A stretch of 64,000 nucleotides of DNA from Nemertoderma westbladi (Eukaryota > Animalia > Xenacoelomorpha): positions 1 through 64,000 of the forward strand of contig JAUCBJ010003340.1 of assembly GCA_032718475.1 (NCBI GenBank), written 5' to 3'. This document shows, one piece after another, positions 24,126 through 36,806 of the stretch (positions are counted from its first letter, which is position 1; every line of letters begins with the position of its first letter). Under the pieces are notes generated by a model. That model was not told the DNA's origin and did no database searches. It saw only the letters and a program-made list of their open reading frames with translations. A program made the translations under genes and the position numbers.

Positions 24126-25948
24126 TACATTAATTATGACATTAACCACTCTTGTAACCTGTGAGGCCCACGAGAACCGTGAATAGTGGCGCCTCTAGTG
24201 TGATATCCCCGAGTTTTCTGTTAGTTACTGATATTCTAGCCAATATTATGTTAATCTTTGATAGATTTGTATGAAACTGTATTTCTTGTTCTAACTTCAG
24301 TAAATTAAGGGGACCCTTACCACCAATGAAAGTGAAATTTTCAAAAAAAGTTATATCCAAGTTCTACCAAACTTGTTGTAGTTTGGTAGAAAGGCTTTCA
24401 TATGGTGACATCGGTATTCATCAATAAATATTTTTTTCATCACAAAATCGCGTATTTGAACAACATAATTTATTTGTGATATTCATTACTCTCTGTATAA
24501 AACAACCTTTTTCTCAGATTATCGATTTAGACATTGTTCATCACTAAATTCCCTACAACTTTTTTATTTTTCATTTAACTTTCATCAAACAGATACCAAA
24601 ATGTTTAGCAGCTTTATTATTACTGTTTCTTCTACATGATATATTTTACATTTAAATTCCTGAAAAATATACAATTTCTACACGACCGACCTGCACAAAA
24701 CGTGTCATATTTTTTAACGATAGGCCTAGAGTTTACTAAGCTATCCATACTCAGTTTTCATAGATCACAGATCGTTGTTGTTAAAGTTTCAGAGTAGTAG
24801 CTTTATAAGTAAAATAAAAATAGATTTGGGGTAATCTTCAGAAAATAGAAAGAAAAAATGAAAAAAAAAAAGAAAAAATAGAAATATTTACAGTGACTTT
24901 AATCTTTATAAAAGATGGAGTATATATATAGCTAAAATAATAATTTATATAATTATTAATTATTATAGATATTTTCCCCATGCTAAATTAGGTTATAAAT
25001 AACATTATTTCCGTATATTTAATTTAATAATATATAATATTATTACTTTGGTCGAATCATCAATCACAGCTAAAGCATGGCATATAACAGAAAATAAAAA
25101 TATTTTTGTTGACAAAATACAACGTCATTGCCGCCCCGAGAGAGCATCAATTAACTTATTTATTATAATGTAATATAAAAAATAATGCAATAATAGTAAA
25201 ACTAATAGATTTGTGTAGATCTTTGTAGACTTCTTTCTTTAGTTGGCCTTCGATTCTGTTTACCACACATAAACGTTCAAGATCATTGAGGTTTCTGGGA
25301 TCCTCGATGAGATAATAGCTGCAATGAAATCACAGTATGATAGTTCCACAAAATATATATATCTCTCTATATGCTTGTACTGTACAATGGAAACATTTGT
25401 TTCTAGAATTAAAGAAATACACTTTAATGGACCTCGCCTTTGTGGATGATCTGGGTTTAAAGTCAGAAACATACAGTAGGTTGCGTTGTTGGTGTGAAAA
25501 GATGGCGGTGCTGAACAGGCAGCACCCAATGTAAATAAATAATTAACATAAAATGTTATAATAATTATGTATATAGTTTATAATAAAATCTTATCTATTA
25601 ACTGACTATTAACTAGTAACAAATTCAATTTTTAGACTTATAATTTTAGGCAATTTTTATTTAACTGTTGCAGTTCAGTCAGACGTGCGAAATAAATAAT
25701 GAATATTTGCAATAACTATAGGTGTTTGCCTTGGAATTTGCCTTGAAACTTAACAAGTGATAGGCCTACAGTATGTACTGTAGCACAATAAAGCAGTCAG
25801 TGATCTAAGATAAGACATGTTCAATCACAGATTCAAAAAGTTAAATCGCTCTCAATCTCAATTTCATTATTAGCCATACTTATTACATTTTAACAAATAT
25901 TTGAAATGTAAAAATTTGTGACAAGCAGCATTTATATTACAGTATATA

Positions 25949-27014
25949 CACCATGTCCTGGAATATAGTGTCGTTATTCAGGTACCTGCCCCCCCCCCCC
26001 CCCCAAATTTTTTTACAAATCGTAATGAGATTGTATGAAATTTGATACAGAGATAGTTTCACCTCCCTCCTCCTTGCTGGGTGAGCCAGAATTTTTATTT
26101 TCGCTTTCATTCTTTAGCTACAAGCGTTTGGAAAAGGTGTCTCCGTCGATATTGCAACAGTTACACCGCAGATATTCTTCAAACATTCAGTGATTTGTTG
26201 GTACTAGCGGAAAACTGACCGTGGAAGGATTCCAAATATGTAAAAATATTTGAATTTGGTTGGGAAATAGCTGAGTTATTGGCATTCGAATTTTGCATTG
26301 TATTAGCTTCCACTGCAGGCCATTTATTCTATTAATAAATACACCATGTTCTAGAACATTTTGTTTATCTCATAAGTAGCTTGGCAAGAATGCAATGCCT
26401 ACATGATAATTTTTTTTTTTTTTTTTTTTTAAATCAACACCCCGAACGGGGTAAAATGTATAATGTATATTCTGTATCGAATCTAAAATTGTAAGTATAA
26501 AACACAAATCGGTAGTGATGACATAAAAATAAATTAATAAAATATTCGTCGATATCCGTCGATCACATGATAATACTAGTATATGGATATTCATACATAA
26601 TCAAAATGTTCTAGAACATTGTGTATTAATTTAATAGAATAAATGGCCTGCAGTGGAAGCAAATACATGCAAAATTCGAATGTCAATAACTCAGCTATTT
26701 CCCAACCAAATTAAATTATTTTTACATATTTGGAATCCTTGCACGGTCAGCTTTCCACTAGTACCAACAAATCATTAAATGTTTGAAGAATAACTGCGGT
26801 GTAACTGTTGCAATATCGACGGAGACACCTTTTCCAAACGCTTGTAGCTAAAGAATGAAAGCGAAAATAAAAATTCTGGCTCACCCAGAAGGAGGAGGGA
26901 GGTGAAACTATCTCTGTTTCAAATTTCATGCAATATCATTACGATTTGTAAAAAAAATTTAGGGGGGGGGGGGGCAGGTACCTGAATAACGACACTATAT
27001 TCCAGGACATGGTG
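25949..27014. mobile_element. Foldback-type MITE with ~410-bp inverted arms and TA TSD
   Basis: TA-CACCATGTCCTGGAATATAGTGTCG...CGACACTATATTCCAGGACATGGTG-TA; 25949-~26365 mirrors ~26600-27014. Confidence 0.9.
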
Positions 27015-27679
27015 TAATGTTGTTACAAAAATAAGATGTTAAAAAAAGAATGGAGATTACTGTATTTCACTGTGAACTTGTTGTTTTAATTCATATAATT
27101 TTTAAGTCAGATATTGACCCATTACGATACAAATTAAATCTCAACTCAATAATTTCAGACGTAGTTTATATCAGTTGAAATCTGATAGATATAAAAAATC
27201 TATGGAAACCAATAATGATAAATTAAATTACTAAGTTACTTAAAATATTCAAGAACGTATACCATCAACTCGGGTGAGTTCGGACGCATGGGTGACTTCG
27301 GACAAACAATTCCTGATATTTTTATGAGCCTACTAAACCATTAATTTGTTACTTACATTTTATAAAAGTGTTTTTGATTATAATTCTATAATAATTTTGT
27401 CTTCTTCAGTAATATTCGAGCTTACTGAACTCTATATAAATATAATAACAATAAATTTATTTATATATTATGTCTGTATGTGGAAACAATAAAATCAATA
27501 CACGTCAATCAACTATATGTATGTAATTATTGTCGCAACATCTTGTTAACGGTCCTAGGTGCATAATAATAATTTACTTTCAGTTTACAGGATAGCAGAT
27601 ATCATATTCAGGTAGTGGCGCCAGACTGTCTACCAGTCCGTGATATTTGCTTAGTGAATATTATTCTATTATTACCGGT

Positions 27680-30669
27680 ATACCGTCGAAGTACATAAGA
27701 AAATATAATGAGTTAAGGCCATACCAGAGATGGGCAATCTTTCAGAGGCTAAATTGGCTATCCAGAGGGGGATGTCTATTCGTGCAGCCGCCAAAAAATT
27801 TAAAATCAAGAAGTCAACTCTACACGATAATATCAAAGAGAGAAGAGGGGCAGTGGGGGGTCCAACTGAGCTTTCTAAAGAAGATGAGAATTTAATTCCT
27901 ACCCTGGTAGACAAGATCGCTGATTGGGGGTATCCTGTGGGGCGTGATGAGCTTAAGTGGATGGTTAAAGATCTTTTGGATAAAAGAGGGATCAAGTCAA
28001 ACAAATTCCATAACAACCTGCCAGGGAATGATTGGGTCAAAGGCTTTATGAAACGAAACAAGTTTACCAAGCGCCTTGCTAGCAACATTAAGAGAGCTAG
28101 GTCTAGTGTAGATGCTACAATGGTTTTTGAATTTTATAATGAACTGGAGGAAACTTTAACCCTATTACCACTGGGGGGGGCCGAATCGGCCCCTTCCTAG
28201 TTTTTAGATGCTGTAACTATGCAACCACATTACGTACCGGCCCAATTTTTTGTGAGAATTAGCCAAATTTAATGCGGCATCTTTTGCAAAAAACGCCGTT
28301 GCAATTGGATTTCTACTTTTCGATGTGGGTGCCACCTCAAAATTTGGTCTGCAGCACCAAATTTTTTGAAATTTTCGAATTTTACAAAGTCATTCGTGAT
28401 TTAGTAATTATTTATGTTTGGGCTATTTTTATTTATTTTTATTGGTTTGGATCACTCTAATGCTCTATACAAGTATCTAAGTGTAGTGGTACGTCATTTT
28501 GGAGCACCAAAATTAGGGCGTGGCACTTCAAATTTTGAAAAATACGAGATTCGGAAAATATACTAAAGTTTTGATTTGCAAAGCATTTTTATAGGTTTTC
28601 TGGAGCGCTGAATCGATTGAAAGTAATATAGAAGCCTGAAGACTTAGTGGTTCGCCATTTTTGGTGCACCAAAATTAGGGCGTGGCACTTCAAATTTTCA
28701 AAATTTCTTTATTCGGAAAAAACACTAAAGTTTTGATTTCAAAAAATAGCTAACTTCTAAGTCTTCAGGCTTCTATATTACTTTCAATCGATTCAGCGGT
28801 CTGGAAAACCTATATAAATTCGTTAAAATTTCAATTTTGGTTTATGTTCCGAATCTCGTATTTTTCAAAATTTGAAGTGCCACGCCCTAATTTTGGTGCA
28901 CCAAAAATGGCGAACCACTCAGTCTTCAGGCTTCTATATTACTTTCAATCGATTCAGCGGCCCAGAAAACCCATAAAGATGTGTTGAAATAAAAAAATTA
29001 GGGGCATTTTCTGAATATCTAATTTTTCAAAATTTGAAGTGCCACACCCACTTCTTAGGTGCACGAAAAATAGCATCCACTTCAATTTTTGGAAGTGGAA
29101 TATAATCACATTCGATTCAGCGTCTTGAAAAACCTACTAAATCTAGCCAACACTGCCACACTATTAGTTTTTAGAAAACGAAAAATTTTGTAATTTTGTC
29201 CTGGGACTACTTTTATTTTTCATCAAAATTATGAGACCCTGCTCATGAAATTTTAACTTTTTAAGATTTGGTAGTGTTCATCAATAGTTGTTTCACCAAC
29301 AGCCCAAATTTTGTAGGATTTCATTAGACGACTACAAAAATATAGTGGGTGGGCCGAATCGCCCCCCCCCCCCCCCCCAGTGGTGCTAATGGTCAAAACA
29401 CCCCAGTGGTAATAGGGTTAAAGAACTGTCCAGACCTTGATCCAGCAAACATTTTTAATTTCGACGAGACGTGCTTCTCGGATGATCCTGGCAAGACGTG
29501 GGTTCTTGTCCGAAGGGGTCGACGTCGAGTGGAGAATGTGCAGGAGCATTCGAAGTCGAACATCTCGGTAATGTAGTGTGGGTCTGCAGCTGGAACAATG
29601 CTCCCTCCTATGGTGGTATAAAGGCTGCCAATCTGTATGAGGGCTGGACTGAAGGTGGGCCCCCTGGGACTGCTTTTGAGATATCAGAAATTGGGTGGTT
29701 CGACTCGCGAACGTTCGAGATGTGGTTTGAAAAGGTTTTCCTGCCACACGTAATATCATTATCTGGTCCGAAATTGCTCCTTGGTGACAATTTGTCCTCA
29801 CATTTTAATCCTTGGGTGGTCAAGTTGGCAGAGGATAACGATATAAAGTTCGTAATGCTGCCACCAAATGCCACAAATCTGATCCAGCCTCTCGATGTGG
29901 CAGTATTTGGTCCGATGAAGAGGGCATGGAGAGAGACTTTGGGATCCTGGAGGAGAGAGAGTAGGAAGCGTGGACCCTTTCCCAGGGAGCACTTTCCGAC
30001 CATGCTTGGGCGACTTTGTGGTGCGACAGCGGGTAACATGAGCAAAAACCTCAGATCAGGCTTCAAGGCCTGTGGCATTCACCCACTGAATGAGAATGAG
30101 GTCCAGAAGAAGCTTCCACAAAGCGAAACTGAGGCTGTGACTTCGACAGCAGAAAGTTCAACTGGTATACTCAATGACACCCTTATTGGGCTGCTCAGGG
30201 AAAATCGCAGAACTGACAGTAGAACACGCAAGAGGGGCAAGAAGATGCCTCGAGTGGTTGCAGGCAGAGCCCTTACACAGGAAGCCTTGACGAAAGAGCC
30301 ACCAGTGAAGAAGAACAAGAAGTCAAGTAGAACATCAACTACTGCGGTTCTCATAGACACGTTAGCTGCCTCCTTATCAACGTCTGTGACGTCCGCCTTG
30401 ACATCAACGTCTGTGACAACCTCTGACGCGACATCTATGGTTGTGGACACCGCTGCAGCTTTAAAACAACCGCAAGGCCATCTAGAAAGGCACCAGTATC
30501 CTCGCATATTGAGGAGGTTGACATGAATCTATGCGCATCATGTCTTCAGATTGATAATGATGATGACGATGATGTGGTGGAGTGGATAGAATGTGAACAA
30601 CGTCTCCGCTGGTATCACAAAGCCTGTGTTGAGGAGTTTGGAGATGAATTTTGTCTCTACTGCTTTTAA
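27680..30669 (+). pseudogene. pogo transposase pseudogene: HTH-psq, CENP-B HTH, DDD domain and C-terminal PHD finger
   Basis: MSIRAAAKKFKIKKSTLHD, PGNDWVKGFMKR, NFDET, LLGDNLSSH and QPLDVAVF. Terminal CASC...WIECEQRLRWYHKAC...CLYCF* at ~30530-30669. Split by a MITE and by frameshifts/stops. Confidence 0.88.
28160..29417. mobile_element. piggyBac-like MITE inserted in the pogo transposase
   Basis: Perfect 17-bp TIR CCCTATTACCACTGGGG and TTAA TSD (28156-28159, 29418-29421). Excision restores ELEETL-KNCPDLDPANIFNFDET. Internal direct and inverted repeats. Confidence 0.93.
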
Positions 30670-31640
30670 ATTTTAACATTCACTTATTAGGCCCTAGGTT
30701 ATTTGTAAATCTTGTCTGTCAGTCTGTTCTGTCTGTCTCCAGTTCTTTTGTCTGCTTTTTAATAGTAGTTAATTGTTTTAAAATATCTCTATTGTTTTCA
30801 TCTGTTTTAGGTCAAATCCATTACGTTATTTCTGTATTTTATTACTGTCTCATTGATAATTTTATATCTATATATAATATCTTATATAAATATATTTTAT
30901 AGTCTTATAATTGGTTTTCATTATTGTCATTTTCTTGGCTTGTGGTCGTCCATTTTTTAAAACACACGTTTTTGTCCGAAGTCTACCTCTGTGCTAACTT
31001 TCTTCGTACTTATAAATTAGTTAACGCGTGTCCGAAGTCACCCGACATATAGGGTGAGTTCGGACAAAATTTGGTTAACAAAAATGACACAAGAATATTT
31101 TTTTCGCATCATTTTTTTTGGTTGGGATATATGGCCAAGATGTGCAATGTTACGTTCAGCCAAAAAAATTCGTAAACCAGGTCGAGTGGTTCTACCGACG
31201 CGCCGAAGACCTCTAAAAACGTCCGAACTCACCCTGGTTGACGGTATTGCTTAGGTATTTTAGGTAATTTTTAATTTATTCTGTATATTGCGAAATACAC
31301 TAAAATCTCATGCAAATAGCATGAGGATTTAAGTGCATATAGAAATGCATTCAAAACTAAACACCTAATGTAATTTTTGTGAATGAAATTACCGTAAATG
31401 TTGCAAGATTTCAAAGGATCTAACCTTTTAAATGATTTGCACCACGTCTGGTGGGTGTATTTATTGGGTATTTTCATTAATAATTTAATGTTCGTAACTG
31501 TTATTTGATGGCAGATTTCAAAAGTTCGATTCCTTTACTAACTCAAACCGCATTTTCATCAATTTCTACTTGTTTTAGAAATATAGTCAAGAAACAGTGT
31601 AACTTTCCTATTTTATTTTTTTCTAGTGAAATTTTTTCTA

Positions 31641-31877
31641 GCGGGGTAGCTCAGTTGGTTGAGCGCCGGGCCTGCAATCTAATGGTTGTAGGTTCAGCCC
31701 CGCCAGGGTCCACTCAGCCTTTCATCAATTGGGGTCGATAAAATGAGTACCAGTTAAATAACTGGGAGCAAATCATGGGATAGGTGTAGCGCCCACCCCT
31801 ACCCTCGGGTAGCAGCTATCGAAAGATGAGCCATCGGGTCGCCTCCGGCTTCGGCCGACTGTTTGCTTTTGCTTGCT
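31641..31877 (+). mobile_element. tRNA-derived SINE with conserved-type central domain
   Basis: A-box GTAGCTCAGTTGG, B-box-like GGTTCAGCCC, central CACTCAGCCTTTCATC...GTCGATAAAATGAGTACC and a (TTGC)n-like tail. CTAGTGAAAT occurs on both flanks. Confidence 0.8.
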
Positions 31878-34800
31878 AGTGAAATAATTTTTCATGCACA
31901 AACGCTATTGCCAATTTATTTATTTATTGTCATTACTATCCCGGTGGTAGCTCTCTCTTGGCTTTTACCCGTATCAACTATGCAGCCCTTTTCTTTATTC
32001 TCCCAGCAGAATCCTGGCTGGGATGACAACAAAAATTTAGAAGTTGACAAATTTGTTAAATGATGGCGAAATTAATCTACAGTACATTATAACAAAACCT
32101 TATTAAATTAATACTAAATAAATTCGTTTACTACATAAACGAATAATGTATTCTGCACATTATTTTGTAGATTGCGCTACAGTTATTATCAACCTCCTTC
32201 CTTCGGCGAATTTATTCTTCGTTATAGATATAATTAATTGCTTCATAGAAGCATCACCGTATCATCAGTTCATGTTGGGTATCCCACAGAGTAATAACAC
32301 TACCGTTACTGAAGGGAAGGGATTAGAGTCAACATTACGGATACAGTAGTTCAACAACCGTAAAACAATGATGACGAAATTACAGATGTAAATTATTGCT
32401 GGATACAGTTATGCAAAAAAACAGCATGCCATCCATACACACATACACCATATACACATACATCATACTGTAATTATATAGCTGCTTTAAATTGAGATTG
32501 CATTAATTACTTAGTATTTATACCTGCTTCTTAATAGTTGTATCTGGTGACGGGCATCATTGTTTCGGTAGTTGGGGCAGATTTTGTGGTCTGACTTAGT
32601 GGTTTCATGACATTACTATATTAGATAATAGTAGTAGATATAATAACAAGGGCGTACCGGTGTGGTTACCCCCCCCCAATATAAAATCCCGTATTATTCC
32701 ATACACTAGCTGGGGTCGCGTGGGTCAGTCGTCCCATCTTACCCAAGCAGTGACCAGGTGGGGCGGGGGGGGGGGGGGGTGGGTATCATTGTAGCCTCCT
32801 TAAGGGCCTCCAAACAGGTGTAATATCAATGCTAATAATTTCAGGGAATTAAAAAAACTCGCTCACAACGCTAACCACATGTCTAATATTTTTTATCATT
32901 CTACTAATTTCCCCACCGCTATAAGATTCTGCTTCTATACTGAATTGGGACTAACATACGAGTAACGAGTCCGTGGCGATCGGTGTCTGGCTTATCTCTA
33001 CCAGGGATGGGGGGGGGGGGGGTATTCTCCTAACGCAAACAAAATGGAATTCTCCCATAGGGAAAAATACATGAAAAAAAACAGCCAATTACCAGCAAAA
33101 GTGAAAATGTAACAAATGATACATATTGACCTAATTAATTGTTTTGTTAGAATAACGCACCAATGTAACTTGCTCCTTTTCCTTAATTGCTTATTAACAT
33201 TGTTCATTTGACGGGACGAGATTAATTCAGTGAGATTGGATTTGCGTTGATTTACAAACTGTAGTTACGGATGATATCACATGATAAATTATTTTTCATA
33301 TATTTACCACACCTATAAGAAACTCCTTCGTACGGCCCTGATATAATATAATAGGTGGTGGTACTGATGTGGTTTGATTTTGTTTTTTGTCGGTCGACCT
33401 ATTAGGTATATTTTTTATATTGTTATTGTTAATATTTGATATAAAAAAAAGGAAAAAATTCAAAAGATTTGCTTGAGCAACCCCTATGCGAATCATCATG
33501 TCAATGCCCTCCTGGTTACCATGCCTAATTCTTGTCCTGTGCGAAACTGTAAACATCGACCACTCCTACTGGAAGAAGCCAAATTAATGGAGGATAATCT
33601 TCAGTACGCCTTTATTATTTACTCAAGCTGCAGAGAATCTACGCTGGGAATAAGAAGTAGGCGTGGTGAATTGTTTCTCAATCTTCCAATCCTATTAGTG
33701 AGACATAGTGCTGATGTGATTGTATAGCAAATTGATGGAGAAACGCTACTAACGACAGTAACAAACTTGCAGGGATATCTTGGAATGTTGACTCTTACTT
33801 GTAATTTAAAGAGTATTGTCGAGTAAACACGACGCCTACGCCTACGGCTACATACCTAAACCTACTATACTTGTAGGCAGGTTATTAAAGGAGCAGTTAA
33901 CAGAGGCGGGTTGACCCAAAACAATAAACGAGTAAGGAATATTGTGTAAAACCCCATTTAATTAGAATCAACAGCCTTAGAATCAATTGTCAGATGTATA
34001 GACCGACCGGCTTACGGTACATGTATGTGTAGGCGTAGGTGTAGGAGGTATATGTGTAGCCTTTACTTTATTTTATCGAAACATTCAAAACTGATGCCTT
34101 AATCTTCGTAACTAACTTAAACCTAAAATTAGCTTAAGCCTTAAAATTGTAACTAATATTTCTGGTGCTGTGTTGTACATACAGTATATAATGAAGGCCT
34201 ATATACTGTATAGTGCATTATCTCACATGTCAGGTTCGTTTTTTATTGGTTTGTGTTATTTTTAGCAAATTCCACTTCTGTAACAGGCTCCTTTCCTTCT
34301 TTTGTTTGCCACAGGCATAGGGACCTCATAACTTTTATACGAATCTTAATGAGATTACATGTAATTTGTACATCTATATTGATTTAAAACAAGTCCCGGT
34401 TCTGTCAAATCATCTACAACCCAATGGTTGTTTGATAATTTATTATACTTCTTTTGATATTTAAGAAGTTTTACCAAAAAATAGCCCATGTAAAGTATAC
34501 CAGGTTTTTACTGTTTGGTAGATGCTGTAGGCTATATATTAAAATATTATATTAACAATAAATATTTCATAGGCAATTTTTCATCAAAATCATTACGAAA
34601 TATTACAATTTTGGAATTCTAAATAATATTTGTTGAAAAATATTTTAGATTTAACTCATCCTCGTATCATTTATTTGTATTCACTCACTCCGTTCGTCCG
34701 TGTATCAAACCATCGGATCGACACACTGTAAAGTGCTACTAGACGCTTATTAACCAAATGTCATTTACAGCAACGCCATAAACTTATTGGCATATGAAAT

Positions 34801-35549
34801 TAACATCCCATTAACGGAGCAAATTAACAATAAAATAGTTGTTAAAATCGTGATTTCTTGACATTTCTCGATTTCCTGTAGATTTCCCAAGATAATCATT
34901 AATAATTCATTACCGGTTAAAGAATGAATATCAGAATACCTCATCCGCCACCGCCATCATGTAGTGATGATAAGAGAATGTAATAGAGAGTGATATATGT
35001 CGCATTGAGCACGGCAAGCATTATGACGTCATCATAACAAGCATATAAAGAGTACCCGTACCTAAGTAATAAGAAAGTAATACCAACCTTATTACCCAGA
35101 GTGCACCTCCAAATCTAGCAGGAAGGCGACCTTACTTTATACATCAAACAGTTGGTTGGTTTTGAAACGAACACGGTTTCCTGCAATGCAGCGTTTCAGC
35201 AGCTCTGTCCTCCAACATTGGTGCCCATTGCCTCACATTTAATGAATCCCCCCACCCCCCACCTACCCCAAGAGAATAGCGCTGTATGCATGTGGAAGCT
35301 TGGACTACAGGCCACTAGTAATAGAGCCAAGCAACTGCGAATCAGGGGGCCGTTTCAAAGACAGGATGATAGCTAGCTTTATGGTCCCGGTTGCTATTAT
35401 TTTACCATGAGTAAAATAAGTTATGATTCCATATATGATTCGAACACATTTTTTCGCGATTGCAGCAAAATCCTTAAACCTTGTTATTTAATAAATTCCG
35501 GTACCGTAATATAAAACCACTCGCTGATAAAATTTTTGTTCGTGGAACA

Positions 35550-35583
35550 ATGCCTCGAGTAGAAGAAATATTTAACGATGAAG
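35550..35583 (+). CDS. Two-EF-hand calcium-binding protein, exon 1 (MPRVEEIFNDE)
   Basis: ATG...GAAG|GTAAGT consensus donor in phase 1, matching exon 2. TATAAAA lies at 35510-35516. Confidence 0.65.
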
Positions 35584-36610
35584 GTAAGTGATTCGATTTC
35601 TCTCATTTAAATTTTGTAATACCAGCAACTAAAGTACATACTCGCGCAAAAATAATGTCTCTTTTCCACTAAATTAGTGAGTGTTAAAGAGGTTAGCTGA
35701 TAGCACACTAGGCCTCTATCCCAGACGGTCGAGCGATGGACTTGGCATTATTCGTTGTGTTTTTGAGACCCAACTCTGGTGCGATATTTATTGAAGGGAA
35801 TGAAGTTACTTTGATTTATTGTTTGCTGTAATATAAGCTACTGTATGTATATAATCACTTATATTGTTTTTGTTCTAAGATTCGGGTAAACTGCACATTT
35901 CATCTTTAGACATGATTTGTAATAAAAATTGTACACCTTGTCTGAAAGATATTTAAAAACATTGTAACTATAACAAACAATTGTTTACTTTCCATCCAAT
36001 AGGTAGGTTCTAGAGAGTGTGCTTAAAAGGTTGTTTTTCAGATTTCATTAAAAATTCCATTAAATTTCAAACTCATTTGTTTTTTGAGAATACGTGTTAA
36101 TCTCAATTGACTACACTGAGACAGAATATGTTAATTTTGATCATTCAAAAAAGATATTTAAACAGCGTCAGTGGATTCGTAATCCTGTGAGTGGATAACC
36201 ATTTAATTTTAAATACACTTTATGTATTTTACATGTATTTCTCACTTTATGTCCTTTTCATAGTTTACTTTTTTAAATTTGTCATATATTTTAGTCGAAG
36301 AATAACCGATGATCGAAATATGACATCTTTGCCCGCTCCTGTTGATAATAATATGTGATCAAGCGTACGCTACATTCCCAAATTTTTTTTACCAAATGTT
36401 GACATTTTATTGATTTTATATGATTCATTGATTGATTGCATTATATTATTAACATATTTTTCGTTCTATTAAGATTAGCTGAATAGTCAATTAATATTTA
36501 TTCAATTTAATTGATTTAATTACGAAATGTCAGTAAATTTGTTATAAATATTTTGCCTTTACATGCTCCTATGGAACAGCTTTACAGTATGCATGAATTT
36601 AAAATATTAA

Positions 36611-36806
36611 TAATAAGTGAATTGTTGTGGGGTGAGTGACGCAAGCTCCAAAGCGAAATATTCATCCGGCCTGGTAGCTCAGTACACTCACCCGGCTGAT
36701 GATAACCAGAAGTTTGAAACCTAGGTACCGGGTTCGAGCCCCAATAGGGCCGGTTGATATTTTTCGCTATGGAGAGCATTATCATATTGTCTTATTTACA
36801 TTGTAT
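36611..36806 (+). mobile_element. Short Pol III-type retroelement with embedded hammerhead (family 1)
   Basis: A-box-like TGGTAGCTCAGT, hammerhead 36691-36732, B-box GGTTCGAGCCC and a T-run, inside an ~28-bp enclosing stem. An AT-rich direct repeat AAAATATTAA flanks it. Confidence 0.65.
36691..36732 (+). ncRNA. Minimal type I hammerhead ribozyme (helix II closing pair degenerate)
   Basis: CCCGG CTGATGA tAACcagaaGTTt GAAA CCTAGG TA CCGGG: 5-bp helix I, complete core, palindromic helix III and GUA cleavage triplet. Confidence 0.7.

Larger units (their letters stand above)
27262..31244 (+). mobile_element. pogo-superfamily DNA transposon, full length but disrupted
   Basis: TA-flanked ~25-bp TIRs (CC(A/G)TCAAC..GGGTGAGTTCGGACG) with subterminal GGGTGA(C/G)TTCGGAC repeats. 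Confidence 0.9.

Noticed and set aside
29608-30507. Antisense ORFs of 156 and 142 aa
   Set aside because: Shadows of the pogo transposase reading frame.
31641-31715. Functional tRNA gene
   Set aside because: B-box is degenerate, there is no proper acceptor stem, and it runs straight into a SINE body with tail and flanking repeat.
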